Shown piece after piece: positions 11,103 through 23,573 of a stretch of DNA of 64,000 nucleotides. This DNA comes from Pelagibacteraceae bacterium AG-430-F16. GTDB taxonomy: Bacteria; Pseudomonadota; Alphaproteobacteria; Pelagibacterales; Pelagibacteraceae. Location of the stretch: positions 13,486 to 77,485 of the forward strand of contig QCOG01000004.1 in NCBI GenBank assembly GCA_003213015.1. The letters run 5' to 3'. The notes below the pieces were generated by a model. The model ran no database searches. It was not told where the DNA came from and worked only from the letters and a program-made list of their open reading frames with translations. The position numbers and the translations under genes are program-made. Each line of letters starts with the position of its first letter. The stretch's first letter is position 1.

Positions 11103-11701
11103 TATAAGTTTTGAGCTGCTACCATAGAGAGTAACATTGGTAGAGATAATAAAGTATTAGTTCTTGAAAAAACCATTGCTGTTTTTGCAGCTTTAGCTTT
11201 GCTTTCCGGATCCGTTTCGACCATTCCTAAAGCTTTTTTCTGATTTGGCCATATAACAAACCAAACGTTAAAAGCCATAATTAAACCTAGCCACATTCCT
11301 ATTCCAATCGCTGTACTTTTGCCTCCACCTGACCCTATGCCAAGCGTCATCGCATCATGCAAATATCCATTGAGATATGACAATATTAAACCGGATACAA
11401 TTGTTGCAAAAGCTGCCCATCTAAACCAAAAAAGTGCAGAAGGTGCAATTACTTTGCTAATTGCTGGTTTTTGTTCATCAGGTATTTTAGCCATATTAGG
11501 AATTTGAACAAAATTGAAATACCACAATAATCCAATCCACATTATTCCAACAAGCACGTGAATATATCTAAATAACCAGCTCCAAAATAATAAATCAAAA
11601 TCAAAACCACCATTAAGGAAAAATAATCCTACAAACAATAAAACTGATATAGCAAGAGAGTAGTGGATTGTTCTCGATAGAGAGCTTAAAATACTTATCA
11701 T
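11099..11701 (-). CDS. puuD: Urate hydroxylase PuuD-like membrane protein (N-terminal membrane domain only)
   Basis: RYIHVLVGIMWIGLLWYFNFVQ.P, ALFWFRW.A, NVWFVIWPNQKK, SRTNT.LS.PM recalled as the PuuD/DUF989 pattern; no CxxCH. Confidence 0.72.
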   Translation of the reverse strand: MISILSSLSRTIHYSLAISVLLFVGLFFLNGGFDFDLLFWSWLFRYIHVLVGIMWIGLLWYFNFVQIPNMAKIPDEQKPAISKVIAPSALFWFRWAAFATIVSGLILSYLNGYLHDAMTLGIGSGGGKSTAIGIGMWLGLIMAFNVWFVIWPNQKKALGMVETDPESKAKAAKTAMVFSRTNTLLSLPMLLSMVAAQNLY

Positions 11702-11728
11702 AATATTAAATTAACAAATTTTTTCTGA

Positions 11729-14605
11729 TTATGCAATTTTTTTAAATTTTCCGTTTAGCAAAGGTTTTAGAAATTTACCTGTGTAACTCTTTTCTGTATT
11801 GCATATATCTTCAGGTTTTCCCTCTGCGATTACTTGTCCACCTTTAACACCACCATCTGGACCCATATCGACGACATAGTCTGCAGTTTTGATGACATCT
11901 AAATTATGTTCAATAACAACGACTGTATTACCTGTTGCAACGAAAGTGTGTAATATTTCTAATAATTTTTTTATATCATGTTGATGCAACCCAGTTGTTG
12001 GTTCATCTAAAATATAGATTGTTCTACCTGTAGATCTTTTTGACAGTTCTTTTGCTAGTTTAATTCTCTGAGCCTCGCCACCAGAAAGAGTTGTAGCTTG
12101 TTGACCAATCTTTATATAGCCTAATCCAACTTTTTTTAATGTTAATAATTTTGATCTTATAGTGGCTATATTTTCAAAGAAATCACATCCTTCTTCAACG
12201 GTCATATCCAAAACTTCGGCGATACTTTTTCCTTTAAATTTTATTTCAAGCGTTTCTCTGTTGTATCTACTGCCCTTACATTCATCACAAGTTACATAAA
12301 CATCAGGAAGGAAATGCATTTCATAAGTTATAACACCATCACCTTCACATGCTTCACATCTTCCACCTTTTACGTTAAAAGAAAATCTTCCAGGTTTATA
12401 ACCTCTGCTTTTTGACTCTGGTAAATTTGTAAACCAGTCTCTTATTGGTCCAAAAGCACCTGTGTAAGTTGCTGGATTAGATCTTGGAGTTCTTCCAATA
12501 GGAGATTGATCAATGTCAATTACTTTATCAATCAATTCGATGCCCTTAAAACCTTTAAATGGCATAGGTATCTTTCTAGATTTATTATTGTTCAAAGATA
12601 AATTAAGAGCATTATAAAGTGTCTGTAGCACTAAAGTAGATTTTCCACTTCCTGAAACTCCAGTAACACATGTAAAAGTTCCAAATGGAATTTTTAAATC
12701 AACATTCTTTAAATTATTACCAGATGCTCCATTAATTTGTAAAAATCTTCCGTTTTTTGCTAACCTTCTTTTTTTTGGAATTGGTATAAAATATTTAGAA
12801 GATAAATATTTTCCTGTAATGCTGTTATCATTTTTAATAATATCTTTAAAATTACCTTCTGCAACAACTTCACCACCTTTACTACCTGCTAGAGGCCCAA
12901 GGTCTAAGATATGATCTGCATTTTCAATTGTTTCTGTATCGTGTTCAACAACAATCACTGTGTTTCCTAAATCACGTAATCTTTTTAATGCATTTATTAG
13001 TTTTACATTATCCTTTTGGTGCAATCCAATTGATGGTTCATCTAGTACATATAAAACACCTGTTAGACCTGAGCCAATTTGAGAGGCAAGTCTAATTCTT
13101 TGAGCTTCTCCACCAGATAAAGTTCCTGACTCTCTTGATAATGTTAGGTAATCAAGGCCAACATTAAGAAGAAAATTTAACCTTTCATTAATTTCTTTAA
13201 GAATATGTTCTGATATTTTAAGTTTTCTTTGATCAAGTTTTTTTGATAAATTATTGAACCATTCTTTAGCATCGCTTATAGATTTTTCAGTTACTTCACT
13301 GATATGTTTTCCATCTATTTTAACACATAATGCTTCATCTTTAAGTCGGTGACCTTTGCAAATATCGCATTTTGTATCAGATTGATATTGAGAAATCTCT
13401 TCTCTTTTCCAGTCACTATCGGTTTCTAAATATCGTCTTTCTAAATTATTTACCACTCCCTCAAAAGTTTTTTTATGGGAATACTTTTCATATCCATCAT
13501 CATATGAAAATTTTATTTCCTCATCATCAGATCCATATAAAATCATATCTTTTATCTTTTTGGGTAGTTTTGACCATTTTTCATCCATTGAGAATTTGTA
13601 ATGTTTTGCAAGAGAAGTTAATGTTTGAGCATAGTAAAGAGTTGTTGTTTTTGCCCATGGTTGAATAGCCCCTTGAGCTATACTTTTTTTATCATCAGGT
13701 ACAACTAGATTTGGATCAACGTTAAGTTTTATACCTATACCCTCACATTCCTCACAAGCACCGTAAGGACTATTAAAAGAAAATAATCTTGGCTCAATTT
13801 CTTCGATTGTAAAACCACTTTCAGGACATGCAAATTTTGAAGAAAATGTTAATTTTTCTGTCTTTCTAAATTTAGCAGGCAATGTTTCATTTTGATACTC
13901 AACAAATAAAAGGCCATTTGCTAAATTTAATGATGTTTCTATACCTTCAGCAAGTCTATTTCCCAAATCAGAATTTATTACAATTCTATCAACCAAAATA
14001 TAAATATCATGTTTCAATTTTTTATTTAAGTCTGGAGTTTTATCAATGTCATAAAGTGTGCCGTCAACTTTTACTTTTCTAAAACCTCTTTTTTTGTATG
14101 ATAAAATTTCTTTTTTATATTCTCCTTTTCTACCCCTAACTATTGGGGCAAATAAGAAAATAGTTGATTTTTTTGGTAACTCTAAAATCTTATCAACAAT
14201 TTGAGAAACTGTCTGAGATTTAATTTCTTTACCAGTAAAAGGTGAATAGGGTGTTCCAATTCTTGCGTAAAGAACTCTCATATAGTCATAAATTTCTGTA
14301 ACAGTCGCTACAGTAGATCTTGGATTTTTTGATGTATTTTTTTGTTCAATTGAAATAGCTGGACTTAATCCTTCGATAAAATCTACTTTAGGTTTTTTCA
14401 TTTTGTCTAAAAACTGTCTCGCATAAGCTGAGAGACTTTCAACGTATCTTCTTTGTCCTTCAGCATAGATGGTATCGAATGCTAATGATGATTTCCCAGA
14501 GCCTGACAAACCTGTTATGACTACAAATTTATCCTTAGGAATCTCAACAGAGATATTCCTCAAATTGTGTTCTTTTGCGCCCTTAATAACTATCTTTTTG
14601 TTCAT
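11729..14605 (-). CDS. uvrA: Excinuclease ABC subunit A
   Basis: Two ABC ATPase modules ([27 protein letters not shown] twice) and zinc fingers. Confidence 0.98.
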   Translation of the reverse strand: MNKKIVIKGAKEHNLRNISVEIPKDKFVVITGLSGSGKSSLAFDTIYAEGQRRYVESLSAYARQFLDKMKKPKVDFIEGLSPAISIEQKNTSKNPRSTVATVTEIYDYMRVLYARIGTPYSPFTGKEIKSQTVSQIVDKILELPKKSTIFLFAPIVRGRKGEYKKEILSYKKRGFRKVKVDGTLYDIDKTPDLNKKLKHDIYILVDRIVINSDLGNRLAEGIETSLNLANGLLFVEYQNETLPAKFRKTEKLTFSSKFACPESGFTIEEIEPRLFSFNSPYGACEECEGIGIKLNVDPNLVVPDDKKSIAQGAIQPWAKTTTLYYAQTLTSLAKHYKFSMDEKWSKLPKKIKDMILYGSDDEEIKFSYDDGYEKYSHKKTFEGVVNNLERRYLETDSDWKREEISQYQSDTKCDICKGHRLKDEALCVKIDGKHISEVTEKSISDAKEWFNNLSKKLDQRKLKISEHILKEINERLNFLLNVGLDYLTLSRESGTLSGGEAQRIRLASQIGSGLTGVLYVLDEPSIGLHQKDNVKLINALKRLRDLGNTVIVVEHDTETIENADHILDLGPLAGSKGGEVVAEGNFKDIIKNDNSITGKYLSSKYFIPIPKKRRLAKNGRFLQINGASGNNLKNVDLKIPFGTFTCVTGVSGSGKSTLVLQTLYNALNLSLNNNKSRKIPMPFKGFKGIELIDKVIDIDQSPIGRTPRSNPATYTGAFGPIRDWFTNLPESKSRGYKPGRFSFNVKGGRCEACEGDGVITYEMHFLPDVYVTCDECKGSRYNRETLEIKFKGKSIAEVLDMTVEEGCDFFENIATIRSKLLTLKKVGLGYIKIGQQATTLSGGEAQRIKLAKELSKRSTGRTIYILDEPTTGLHQHDIKKLLEILHTFVATGNTVVVIEHNLDVIKTADYVVDMGPDGGVKGGQVIAEGKPEDICNTEKSYTGKFLKPLLNGKFKKIA

Positions 14606-14676
14606 TTTTTTATTTGCTTTAGCTCAATAAAGTTAATATTCAAATCTTTTTTGTGATATAACTTATACAAAATAAT

Positions 14677-15123
14677 ATGGCTGGAAGTTTAAATAAAGTA
14701 CTTTTAATTGGAAGATTAGGTGCAGATCCTGAGATAAAACAGATGGTTAATGGTAAAAATGTCGCTAGACTTAGTCTTGCTACTAGCCAATCTTGGAAAG
14801 ATAAAAATTCTGGTGAAAAAAAGGAAAAAACTGAGTGGCACCGTGTAGTTGTATTTAATGAGGGACTTGTAAATGTTGTTCAACAGTATCTCAAAAAAGG
14901 TGCTCAAATATATGTAGAAGGCCAATTGACTACTAGAAAATGGAAAGATGAACAGTCTGGCCAAGATAAATATTCTACAGAAATATTAATACAAGGATAT
15001 AATTCATCTCTAACAATGCTTGGGGGAAATAATTCCTCAACGTCAATTGCAAATGCACCTCATAATAAGAATGAGATGTCTCAAGCGCCTGACAATGATT
15101 TAGATGACGATATTCCTTTTTAA
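14677..15123 (+). CDS. ssb: Single-stranded DNA-binding protein
   Basis: NKVLLIGRLGADPE, TEWHRVV, C-terminal DDDIPF. Confidence 0.97.
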   Translation: MAGSLNKVLLIGRLGADPEIKQMVNGKNVARLSLATSQSWKDKNSGEKKEKTEWHRVVVFNEGLVNVVQQYLKKGAQIYVEGQLTTRKWKDEQSGQDKYSTEILIQGYNSSLTMLGGNNSSTSIANAPHNKNEMSQAPDNDLDDDIPF

Positions 15124-15132
15124 TTAATCTTT

Positions 15133-17688
15133 ATGGATAAGTCACAAACAGAAATAAAGAATAATATAAAACCTATCGAAATGTATGATGAGATGAGCTC
15201 GTCTTATCTTTCTTACGCGATGAGCGTAATTGTAAGTAGAGCCTTACCAGATATAAGAGATGGTTTGAAACCAGTTCATCGAAGAATAATTTATGCTATG
15301 CATAAGGGTGGTTTTGATTGGAGTAAACAATATAGAAAGTCTGCAAGAATAGTAGGAGATGTTATTGGTAAGTATCATCCTCATGGTGATCAAGCTGTTT
15401 ACGATGCATTAGTTAGAATGGTTCAAGATTTTTCAATGAGCTTACCCTTAATCGACGGTCAAGGAAATTTTGGCTCTGTGGATGGTGATCCTCCTGCTGC
15501 AATGAGATACACAGAAACTAGATTAGCAAAAATTTCACAAAATTTAATAGATGATATAGATAAAGACACTGTTGAATTTAAAAGCAATTATGACGAAACC
15601 GAGAAAGAACCTGAAGTTTTGCCCGCCCAGTATCCAAACTTACTGGTAAATGGTGCTGGAGGTATTGCTGTTGGGATGGCAACTAGCATTCCACCTCATA
15701 ATTTATCAGAAGTAATTAATGCAACTTTAGCCCTTATAGAAAATAAAGATATTAAAATAAATGAATTAATGAAACATATACCAGGACCTGACTTTCCAAC
15801 AGGTGGAACAATAATTGGTAAAGATATTATTAAAACTGGATATAAAACCGGCAGAGGATCTTTTAAAGTTAGAGGGAATGTTTCGATAGAGCAACTTAAA
15901 AATGGTAAAGAGAGATTGGTCATCAACTCAATACCCTATCAAATCAACAAATCTGTTTTAAACGAAAAAATTGTTGAATTAATTAGAAATAAAAAAATAG
16001 AGGGAATAAGTGATATAAGAGATGAGTCTAATAGAGAGGGAATAAGGGTAGCAATAGATTTAAAAAGAAATATAGAGCCTGAAACAGTTAAAAGACAACT
16101 CTACAAATATACTTCTTTGGAGTCTTCATTTAGTTTTAATACATTAGCTATAGTAGATAGAAGACCAAAAAACTGTAATCTTAAAGATTTTCTAGAGTCT
16201 TTTCTTAAATTTAGGGAAGATGTTGTTGTTAAAAAGACAAAATTTGATCTTAAAAAAACAGAGGATAGAGCTCACATATTGATTGGCTTATCTGTTTCAG
16301 TTGAAAACATAGACAAAGTAATTAAGATTATACGATCATCAAAAAATCCCGAGCATGCAAAAAATTCTTTATTGAATACTTCTTGGAAAATCAAATCCTC
16401 TCAAAAACTAATAAAGTTAATTGATAATAAAAAAAATAAAAATACCTATTCTCTTTCCTTAAAACAAGTTGAGGCAATTTTAGAATTAAGACTTCAAAAA
16501 CTTACAGCCTTAGGTATTAATGAAATAGAAATTGAATTAAAAAAATTAGCCAATCTAATAATTTCATTTAAAAAAATAATAAACTCTAGGAAAGAACTTT
16601 TAAAAGTTATTAGTAATGAATTAAATGAAATAAAAGAAAAATATTCAGTTGAAAGAAGAACAAAAATAATTGATGCGATTCTTAATTACGATATCGAAGA
16701 GACTATTCAAAAACAATCTGTATTAATAACGGTTACTTTACAAGGATATATTAAAAGAGGTGCACTTGACATTGTCAAAAAACAAAAAAGAGGCGGCAAA
16801 GGAAAATCTGGAATTAAAACTAGAGATGAAGACTCTGTGGTTCAAACCTTATCTGTAAATACACATACATCTGTACTTTTTTTCTCAACACAGGGCATGG
16901 TTTATAAACTTAAAGCATGGAAAATACCTGAGGGATCGGCCAGCTCTAGAGGTAAATCTTTATATAATATTCTTCCATTAAAAAATCACCAATCAATCAG
17001 TTCGATAATGCCTCTACCTGAAGATAAATCTGAATTTAAAGATTTAAATATTATTTTTGCAACAGCCAAAGGAAAAATAAGAAAAAATAGTTTAGAAGAT
17101 TTTTTAAATATAAATACAGCTGGTAAAATTGCAATGAAGCTAGATAATGACGATAAGATAATAGGAGTTAAAATTTGTAAAGAAAATCAAGATATAATGC
17201 TTAGTTCATTGAATGGAAAATGCATAAGATTTGAGTCAAAAAAATTAAGATTATTTAAAGGTAGATCATCTAAAGGTATTAAAGGAATAAATTTGGGTGA
17301 CAAAGATAAAATTGTCTCTTTATCAATAGTAGAAAAAATCGAGAAAAAATCCGATAAAAACGGAAAAGTTGAGGGTAGATACATACTATCAATAACTGAA
17401 AATGGATTTGGCAAAAGAACGAATGATAAAGAATTTCGAACTACTAATAGAGGTGGTAAGGGCATTATTGGCATAGTAAACTCATCAAGAAATGGAAATA
17501 TTGCATCTTCTTTCCCAGTTTTTGATGGTGATGAAATATTGATATCCACCAATAAAGGTAGAGTGATAAGGGTTGCAGTTAAGGAAATAAGAACCGCAGG
17601 CAGAAATACTCAAGGTGTAAGAATTATTAAGTTATCTGGAGATGAAAAAGTTGTTTCAGCAATCAAAATTGATGATAACTTAGTATAA
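15133..17688 (+). CDS. gyrA: DNA gyrase subunit A
   Basis: [15 protein letters not shown] (catalytic Tyr), GyrA box QKRGGKG. Confidence 0.97.
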   Translation: MDKSQTEIKNNIKPIEMYDEMSSSYLSYAMSVIVSRALPDIRDGLKPVHRRIIYAMHKGGFDWSKQYRKSARIVGDVIGKYHPHGDQAVYDALVRMVQDFSMSLPLIDGQGNFGSVDGDPPAAMRYTETRLAKISQNLIDDIDKDTVEFKSNYDETEKEPEVLPAQYPNLLVNGAGGIAVGMATSIPPHNLSEVINATLALIENKDIKINELMKHIPGPDFPTGGTIIGKDIIKTGYKTGRGSFKVRGNVSIEQLKNGKERLVINSIPYQINKSVLNEKIVELIRNKKIEGISDIRDESNREGIRVAIDLKRNIEPETVKRQLYKYTSLESSFSFNTLAIVDRRPKNCNLKDFLESFLKFREDVVVKKTKFDLKKTEDRAHILIGLSVSVENIDKVIKIIRSSKNPEHAKNSLLNTSWKIKSSQKLIKLIDNKKNKNTYSLSLKQVEAILELRLQKLTALGINEIEIELKKLANLIISFKKIINSRKELLKVISNELNEIKEKYSVERRTKIIDAILNYDIEETIQKQSVLITVTLQGYIKRGALDIVKKQKRGGKGKSGIKTRDEDSVVQTLSVNTHTSVLFFSTQGMVYKLKAWKIPEGSASSRGKSLYNILPLKNHQSISSIMPLPEDKSEFKDLNIIFATAKGKIRKNSLEDFLNINTAGKIAMKLDNDDKIIGVKICKENQDIMLSSLNGKCIRFESKKLRLFKGRSSKGIKGINLGDKDKIVSLSIVEKIEKKSDKNGKVEGRYILSITENGFGKRTNDKEFRTTNRGGKGIIGIVNSSRNGNIASSFPVFDGDEILISTNKGRVIRVAVKEIRTAGRNTQGVRIIKLSGDEKVVSAIKIDDNLV

Positions 17689-18183
17689 TGAAAAAAGCGA
17701 TTTATCCTGGAACTTTTGATCCAATTACATTTGGGCACATTGATCTTATTAAAAAATCTTTAAATATTTTTGATCAACTGATTGTTGCTGTATCCGATGG
17801 CAATACAAAAAAATATCTTTTTAACGCAGAGGAAAGGGAAGACTTAATAAAAAAAGCTCTTTTCAATGACTTAAAATTCAATAAAAAAAAAATAATTGTG
17901 ACATCATTCAAGACTTTAACTACTGATTTTTGCAAAAAGATGAAATCAAACGTTATTATAAGAGGTTTACGTGCAACCTCTGATTTCGAATATGAATTTC
18001 AATTAGCAGGAATGAATAAAAAGTTGAATAATCTTATTGAAACTGTTTTTTTTGATGTCAGATCCAGAAAATCAAATTATTTCATCCAAATTTGTAAAAG
18101 AAATTACTGAATTGAAAGGTGATATTAAAAAATTTACTACCAAAACAGTAATTAAATCTTTAAAAGATAAGTTTTATGTATAA
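17688..18183 (+). CDS. coaD: Phosphopantetheine adenylyltransferase with an apparent +1 frameshift in the T8 run at 18046-18053
   Basis: YPGTFDPITFGH, RGLR..SDFEYE; removing one T restores ETVFLMSDPENQIISSKFVKEI...KFYV* ending at 18183. Confidence 0.92.
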
Positions 18184-18728
18184 GGTATTTTTTTTTAATT
18201 TTTTTTTTAATATTTAATTTTAACTCAAATGCAAAGGAAAATATGATGATACTTAAATTAAAAGATGGAGATGTAAAAATAGAACTATTTGATGATAAAG
18301 CACCAAACCATGTAAAAAGGATAAAGGAATTGGCTGATAAAGGCCTTTATGATAATGTTGTATTTCATAGGGTAATAGATGGGTTTATGGCACAGGTAGG
18401 TGATATTCAATTTGGTAATTCTTCTTCAGATAATTTTGATTTGAATCGAGCTGGTACAGGTGGTTCTGATTTACCAAATCTAAAAGCTGAATTTAATGAC
18501 ATTCCTCATTTGAAGGGTATTTTGTCTATGGCAAGATCGTCTGACCCAAACAGTGCAAATAGCCAATTTTTTATATGTTTAGAGGATGCTCCACATCTTG
18601 ATAGACAATATACTGTGTTTGGTAAAGTAGTTGAGGGAATGGAATTTGTAGAAAAAATAAAACGTGGTGATGGACCTAATGGATCTGTATCGAACCCTGA
18701 CAAGATAATTAGTTTTAAATCTTTATAA
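18176..18728 (+). CDS. Cyclophilin-type peptidyl-prolyl isomerase; signal peptide displaced by an apparent +1 T in the run at 18188-18196
   Basis: FHRVIDGFMAQ.GD, SMAR..DP.SANSQFFI; removing one T gives MYKVFFLIFFLIFNFNSNAKEN in frame with the ATG at 18243. Confidence 0.88.
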
Positions 18729-18729
18729 A

Positions 18730-19842
18730 TTGAATTTAAAAAATTTTTCTTTTAAGTTAAATAATAAAGATAAATTTTCTCGATCAGGAACGATTTATAC
18801 TTCTAGGGGCAATGTTGATACACCAGTATTCATGCCTGTTGGAACTCAAGCAACTGTAAAAGCAACTTTTGTTGATGACTTAATTAAAGCTGGAACTCAA
18901 ATAATCTTATCTAACACATATCACTTAATGATAAGACCTGGTGAAGATAGAGTTGCGCTTCAAGGTGGATTGCACGAGTTTATGAATTGTCCTTTACCAA
19001 TTCTAACAGATTCTGGCGGTTATCAAGTAATGTCTTTATCAAAATTGAATAAAATTGATAGGGCAAAAGGTGCTATATTTAATTCTCATGTTGATGGGAA
19101 ACAATATACCCTTAGTCCAGAGGAAAGTATAAGAATTCAAAAAAAACTTAATTCAGACATTGTTATGGTAATGGATGAATGTCCTAAAAAAACTACCAAT
19201 AGAAAAACTATTGAAAACTCTTTAGATTTATCGACAGAATGGGCCTTAAGATCAAAAAATTCCTTTGGAAAAAATCCACAGAAGGGTCTTTTTGGAATAG
19301 TTCAAGGTGGATTATTTGATGATCTAAGAAAAAAATCATTAAAAGATTTAATGAATATAGGGTTTGATGGATATGCTCTTGGCGGCCTGGCTGTAGGAGA
19401 TACACAAAGAGAGATGTTTGAAGTTCTAGATGGTATTAAAGAATTTTTACCCGAAGACAAACCTAGATATCTCATGGGCGTGGGAACACCTTCAGATATC
19501 CTTGGAGCAGTAAAAAGAGGTGTTGATATGTTTGATTGTGTATTACCATCTAGATCTGGGAGAACTGGTTTAGCCTTTACATGGAATGGACCAATAAACA
19601 TTAAAAATGCCAAGTACCGGAATGATACAAAACCCATTGATGAAAAATGTAAAAAGTTCAATTTGAACAAATATTCAAAAAATTACTTAAATCATTTATT
19701 CAATACCAACGAAATACTTGCGTCTATGCTTCTTACCCTCCATAATATAAACTTTTATCATGAGTTCATGGATAAAATCAGAATTAACATAAATAATGGA
19801 ACTTTTGACCAGTTTTTTAATGAATACTTTCGTAAGTTGTAA
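18730..19842 (+). CDS. tgt: tRNA-guanine transglycosylase (TTG start)
   Basis: TPVFMPVGT, SNTYHL, TDSGGYQV, MDEC, GGLAVG, RYLMGVG, DMFDCV. Confidence 0.96.
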   Translation: MNLKNFSFKLNNKDKFSRSGTIYTSRGNVDTPVFMPVGTQATVKATFVDDLIKAGTQIILSNTYHLMIRPGEDRVALQGGLHEFMNCPLPILTDSGGYQVMSLSKLNKIDRAKGAIFNSHVDGKQYTLSPEESIRIQKKLNSDIVMVMDECPKKTTNRKTIENSLDLSTEWALRSKNSFGKNPQKGLFGIVQGGLFDDLRKKSLKDLMNIGFDGYALGGLAVGDTQREMFEVLDGIKEFLPEDKPRYLMGVGTPSDILGAVKRGVDMFDCVLPSRSGRTGLAFTWNGPINIKNAKYRNDTKPIDEKCKKFNLNKYSKNYLNHLFNTNEILASMLLTLHNINFYHEFMDKIRININNGTFDQFFNEYFRKL

Positions 19843-19852
19843 TTATAACATA

Positions 19853-19880
19853 TTGATTATTTGAAAAAAAAAACTATAAG
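19853..19880 (+). promoter_or_regulatory. Putative sigma70 promoter for tRNA-Lys
   Basis: TTGATT-N16-TATAAG ending 11 bp before the tRNA. Confidence 0.45.
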
Positions 19881-19891
19881 AATTTTATTTT

Positions 19892-19967
<76 letters not shown>

Positions 19968-20792
19968 TTAAGTTTTAATTGGTGGATAATCTAAAATAAT
20001 TTCATTCATCCAACCGTCAAGATTTTCTATTCTTTTTTGAGAAGAGGGATGAGTATTCATAAACTCAGGAGGTTCTTTACCTTTATTTATTTCCTTCATT
20101 CGTTCCCAAAATTTTGTTGTTTCTCTAATATCATAACCAGATAAAGATGAAAAAATAAGACCAAGATAATCAGCCTCAGTTTCCTGTTTTCTTGTAAATG
20201 GGTTCATAATGCCAATTTGTTGTAATAAACCAACAGTATCCATACCAGTTGCTCTATTCACTTGTGAAAGTTTTCCTCCTGAAAATATATCAATTAGTTG
20301 AGTGCCCGTTTGAAGTACTACACTACGACTAGCTCTTTCAACAGAATGTTTTGCAACTGCATGAGCAATCTCGTGACCCATCACTGCAGCTAATGCATTT
20401 GTATTTTTAGTCACCTCTAGCATTCCACTATAAACAGCAATTTTTCCTCCAGGCATACACCACGCATTTTTGACTTTTTTATTATCAATTAATATATACT
20501 CCCATTGAAAATTCACTGTTGGATCTTTAATATTATTTAAATAAAAATATTCACTGATCGCATATTCCATTTTTTTTCCAATTTCTTTAATTTCTTTCAA
20601 ATTACGACCATCAATAATTAACTTTTCTTTTTTTTTTACCTTTTCGTAAATTTGAGCTGCCTGTGTGTTTAATTTTGCTTCAGGTATTAAATTGAGCTGT
20701 TTTCTCTCAGTAATTGGTACTGAAGCACAAGAATTAATTATATAACTGCAACCACAACTACCGACTATATTTAGAAATTTTCTTCTATTCAT
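19968..20792 (-). CDS. M48 family zinc metallopeptidase, probable lipoprotein
   Basis: NAWCMPGGKI, HEIAH (HExxH), ETEAD, THPS..RI; N-terminal NRRKFL and NSC. Confidence 0.9.
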   Translation of the reverse strand: MNRRKFLNIVGSCGCSYIINSCASVPITERKQLNLIPEAKLNTQAAQIYEKVKKKEKLIIDGRNLKEIKEIGKKMEYAISEYFYLNNIKDPTVNFQWEYILIDNKKVKNAWCMPGGKIAVYSGMLEVTKNTNALAAVMGHEIAHAVAKHSVERASRSVVLQTGTQLIDIFSGGKLSQVNRATGMDTVGLLQQIGIMNPFTRKQETEADYLGLIFSSLSGYDIRETTKFWERMKEINKGKEPPEFMNTHPSSQKRIENLDGWMNEIILDYPPIKT

Positions 20793-20830
20793 TTAAATTA
20801 TATTAAGTATTATGTTTTAATAGTTTTTTT

Positions 20831-20908
20831 ATGAATTTAAACAATAAAATATTAGTTTTTTTATTCATAATTTCATTATGTTTTGTAATATATTCATCTT
20901 ATAATTAA
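20831..20908 (+). CDS. Candidate 25-aa single-TM microprotein MNLNNKILVFLFIISLCFVIYSSYN
   Basis: Manual translation; its TAA overlaps the ATG of the next gene (TAATG). Confidence 0.4.
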   Translation: MNLNNKILVFLFIISLCFVIYSSYN

Positions 20909-21519
20909 TGAAAAAAAAATCATCAATAACTTCAAAATTAAGAAATGCTTTTATAGCTGGTATCGTTGTATTAGTCCCAATTGGTTTTACTTTGTATCTC
21001 ACTTTATTTTTAATTAAGATATCATCAAAATTAATTCCTAATGAAATAAATCCAAATAACTATCTTCCTTTTTCTATACCGGGGCTTGAAATTTTATTAT
21101 CTGTTATTTTTATTACTATTGTCGGAGGTATTTCATTATCATTTTTTGGAAAAAAAATTTTAAATTTAATTAATGATCTTTTTAAAAGAATTCCAATCCT
21201 AAGAACTATTTACTCTGCAATTGGCCAAATGACAGAAAGTTTTACAAGTAAATCGGATAATAAAAAAAGTGTTGTTCTAGTTGAATATCCTAAAAAGGGA
21301 TCATGGGCTGTTGGTTTTGCTACTAAAGAAAATAAAGGTGAGATAAGTAAAAAGACTAATAAAGATTTAATCAATGTATTTGTCCCAACAACACCAAATC
21401 CCACGAGTGGTTTTTTATTAATGTTTCCAAGAGATGAGGTTATTTATCTTGATATGACTTTTGAAGAGGCTTCAAAATTTATTGTATCTGCTGGCACCTC
21501 AGATCCTGCTGACAATTAA
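20908..21519 (+). CDS. DUF502 family membrane protein
   Basis: FIAGIVVLVPIGFT, VLVEYPKKG.W..GF.T, VFVPTTPNPTSGFL. Confidence 0.88.
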   Translation: MKKKSSITSKLRNAFIAGIVVLVPIGFTLYLTLFLIKISSKLIPNEINPNNYLPFSIPGLEILLSVIFITIVGGISLSFFGKKILNLINDLFKRIPILRTIYSAIGQMTESFTSKSDNKKSVVLVEYPKKGSWAVGFATKENKGEISKKTNKDLINVFVPTTPNPTSGFLLMFPRDEVIYLDMTFEEASKFIVSAGTSDPADN

Positions 21520-23556
21520 ACTATATCATTTAGTATATCCGCCCTATCGTAAAGTTTGAGCAAGGATTTAAATTTATTTAAATCTATGTTTTCTCTCTCA
21601 ATTTTTTTAACTTCTTTTTCAGCTAATAAAAAAAGATGTTCATTTAAAACAGGATCTGCAAGTCGAAAACTTTGAACTCCACTTTGTTTAAAACCTAATA
21701 AATCACCGTAACCTCTTAATTTCATATCTTCCTCTGATATTTTAAAACCATCATTATTTTCTTTCAAAATATTTAATCGTTTTCTTGCATTTTTACTTAG
21801 ATTCTTTTTAAACATCAGGATGCAGAATGACTCTTTGTTTCCCCTTCCAACTCTTCCCCTAAGTTGATGAAGTTGAGACAAGCCAAACTTATTTGAATTT
21901 TCTATAATGATCACGTTAGCATTTGGAAAATCAATACCGACCTCTATCACAGTTGTTGAAACTAAAATGTCGAATTTTTTATTTAAAAATTTGTCTAATA
22001 TTTTATTTTTATCTACCTTATCGATCGATCCATGTAAAAGACCAACTTTATCTTTAAAAACTTTTTGAAGATCCTTATGTCTTTGTACAGCTGACTGGTG
22101 ATCGATTTTTTTAGACTCATCTATTAATGGACAAACCCAAAAAATTTGATTACCTTTTTTTATTTGATTTTTTGTAAAATTAATAATCTCATTTAATTTT
22201 GTATCAACTTTGCTGTAAGTTTTAACCGTTTTTCTATTTTTTGGTTTTTTGTTTTATTATAGTCACGTCCATATCTCCAAAAATAGTCATAATCATTGTT
22301 CTAGGTATAGGAGTTGCTGACATTACTAATACATCACAATTTTTGCCGCCTTTGTCAGACAATTTTTTTCTTTGTTTAACACCAAATTTATGTTGTTCAT
22401 CAATAATGACAAGACCGAGTTTTTTATAATTTATTTTTTCTTGAAAAACAGAATGAGTCCCAAATAGTATTTTAATTTCACTTTTTTCTAAATCTTTAAT
22501 TATTTTTTTCCTATCAGAATAGTTGGTTTTAGATGTTAAAAAACCTATTTTGATTTTATTTTTTATTAAAGATTGAGCTAGCTTATAATGTTGATATGCT
22601 AAAATTTCAGTTGGTGCCATAAAGGCAACCTGGTAACCACTATTAACAACATTAAAACAAGAAATTAGTGCTACAATAGTTTTACCACTTCCAACATCGC
22701 CCTGCAAAAGTCTGAACATTTTTTCATCAGATTTCAAATCATTGTTAATTTCATTTAATGCATTTGTTTGATCAGCGGTAAGTTCGTAAGTCAATTCTTT
22801 TTTGATATTGTTTGTAAAATTATCAGCAAATATTTTTTTTTCCTTTTTAAACTTTTTAATAGTTTTTCTTATTTTTGAATTAATCAAAAAAGTAGAGAGA
22901 ATTTCATCGAAAATTAATCTTTCTAAAAAGTTCCCTTTTTTATTAATATTATTGGGATCATGAAGTTCTAATACTGCTTTTTTCCAAGAAATATTATCAA
23001 ATTTTTTCAGAATTTCTTTGTCTAACCATTCATCTAAATTTGGAATGTTTTTTAATACTTCATGGATGATTTTGTTATAAAGTTTATTATTAAGACCTTC
23101 AGTTAAACTATAACTTTTATCAATTATTTTAACAGAATTAGGATCTTCAGATAAGTGGGTGGGGTTTGTTATTTGATATTTCTTATTATAATAACCAATC
23201 TTCCCACTGATAGTTACTTTTGTGTTTAGTGGGAGTATTTTTTTAATATATCCCTCATAACTATTAAAGAAGATGCAATCTAGCTTTCCAGTTTCATCTT
23301 CACACATTACCTTATTTGGTAAGTTTCTAATACGTGGAAAGTTATATTTTTTTACAATAACAGTTACGGTTTGTATTTTTCCAACCTGCAATTCATTAAT
23401 GGGAAAAACATTAGATCTATCAACAAAATCTCTAGGTAAATTCCACAGAAGATCAAATATTGTATTGATATTCTTTTTTCTAAATAATTTTCCTAATTTA
23501 GTTCCTATTCCTTTTATGGTACTTATATCAGATAGCAAATAATCATATGAAGACAT
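21516..23556 (-). CDS. recG: ATP-dependent DNA helicase RecG, split by an apparent +1 frameshift in the T6 run at 22245-22250
   Basis: LQGDVGSGKT, DEQH, MSATPIPRT in the 5' part; removing one base gives KQKPKNRKTVKT...WVCPLI...TTVIEVGIDFPNA...QLRGRVGRG. Confidence 0.93.
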
Positions 23557-23573
23557 AGTATAATTATAATATC

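Noticed and set aside
14606-14676. LexA box between uvrA and ssb
   Set aside because: No GTTC-N7-GTTC or GAAC-N7-GAAC direct repeat found.
18730-19842. Queuine-salvaging (eukaryote-like) Tgt explaining the missing queA
   Set aside because: The specificity residues are the preQ1 type (Cys in DEC, Val in LAVG).
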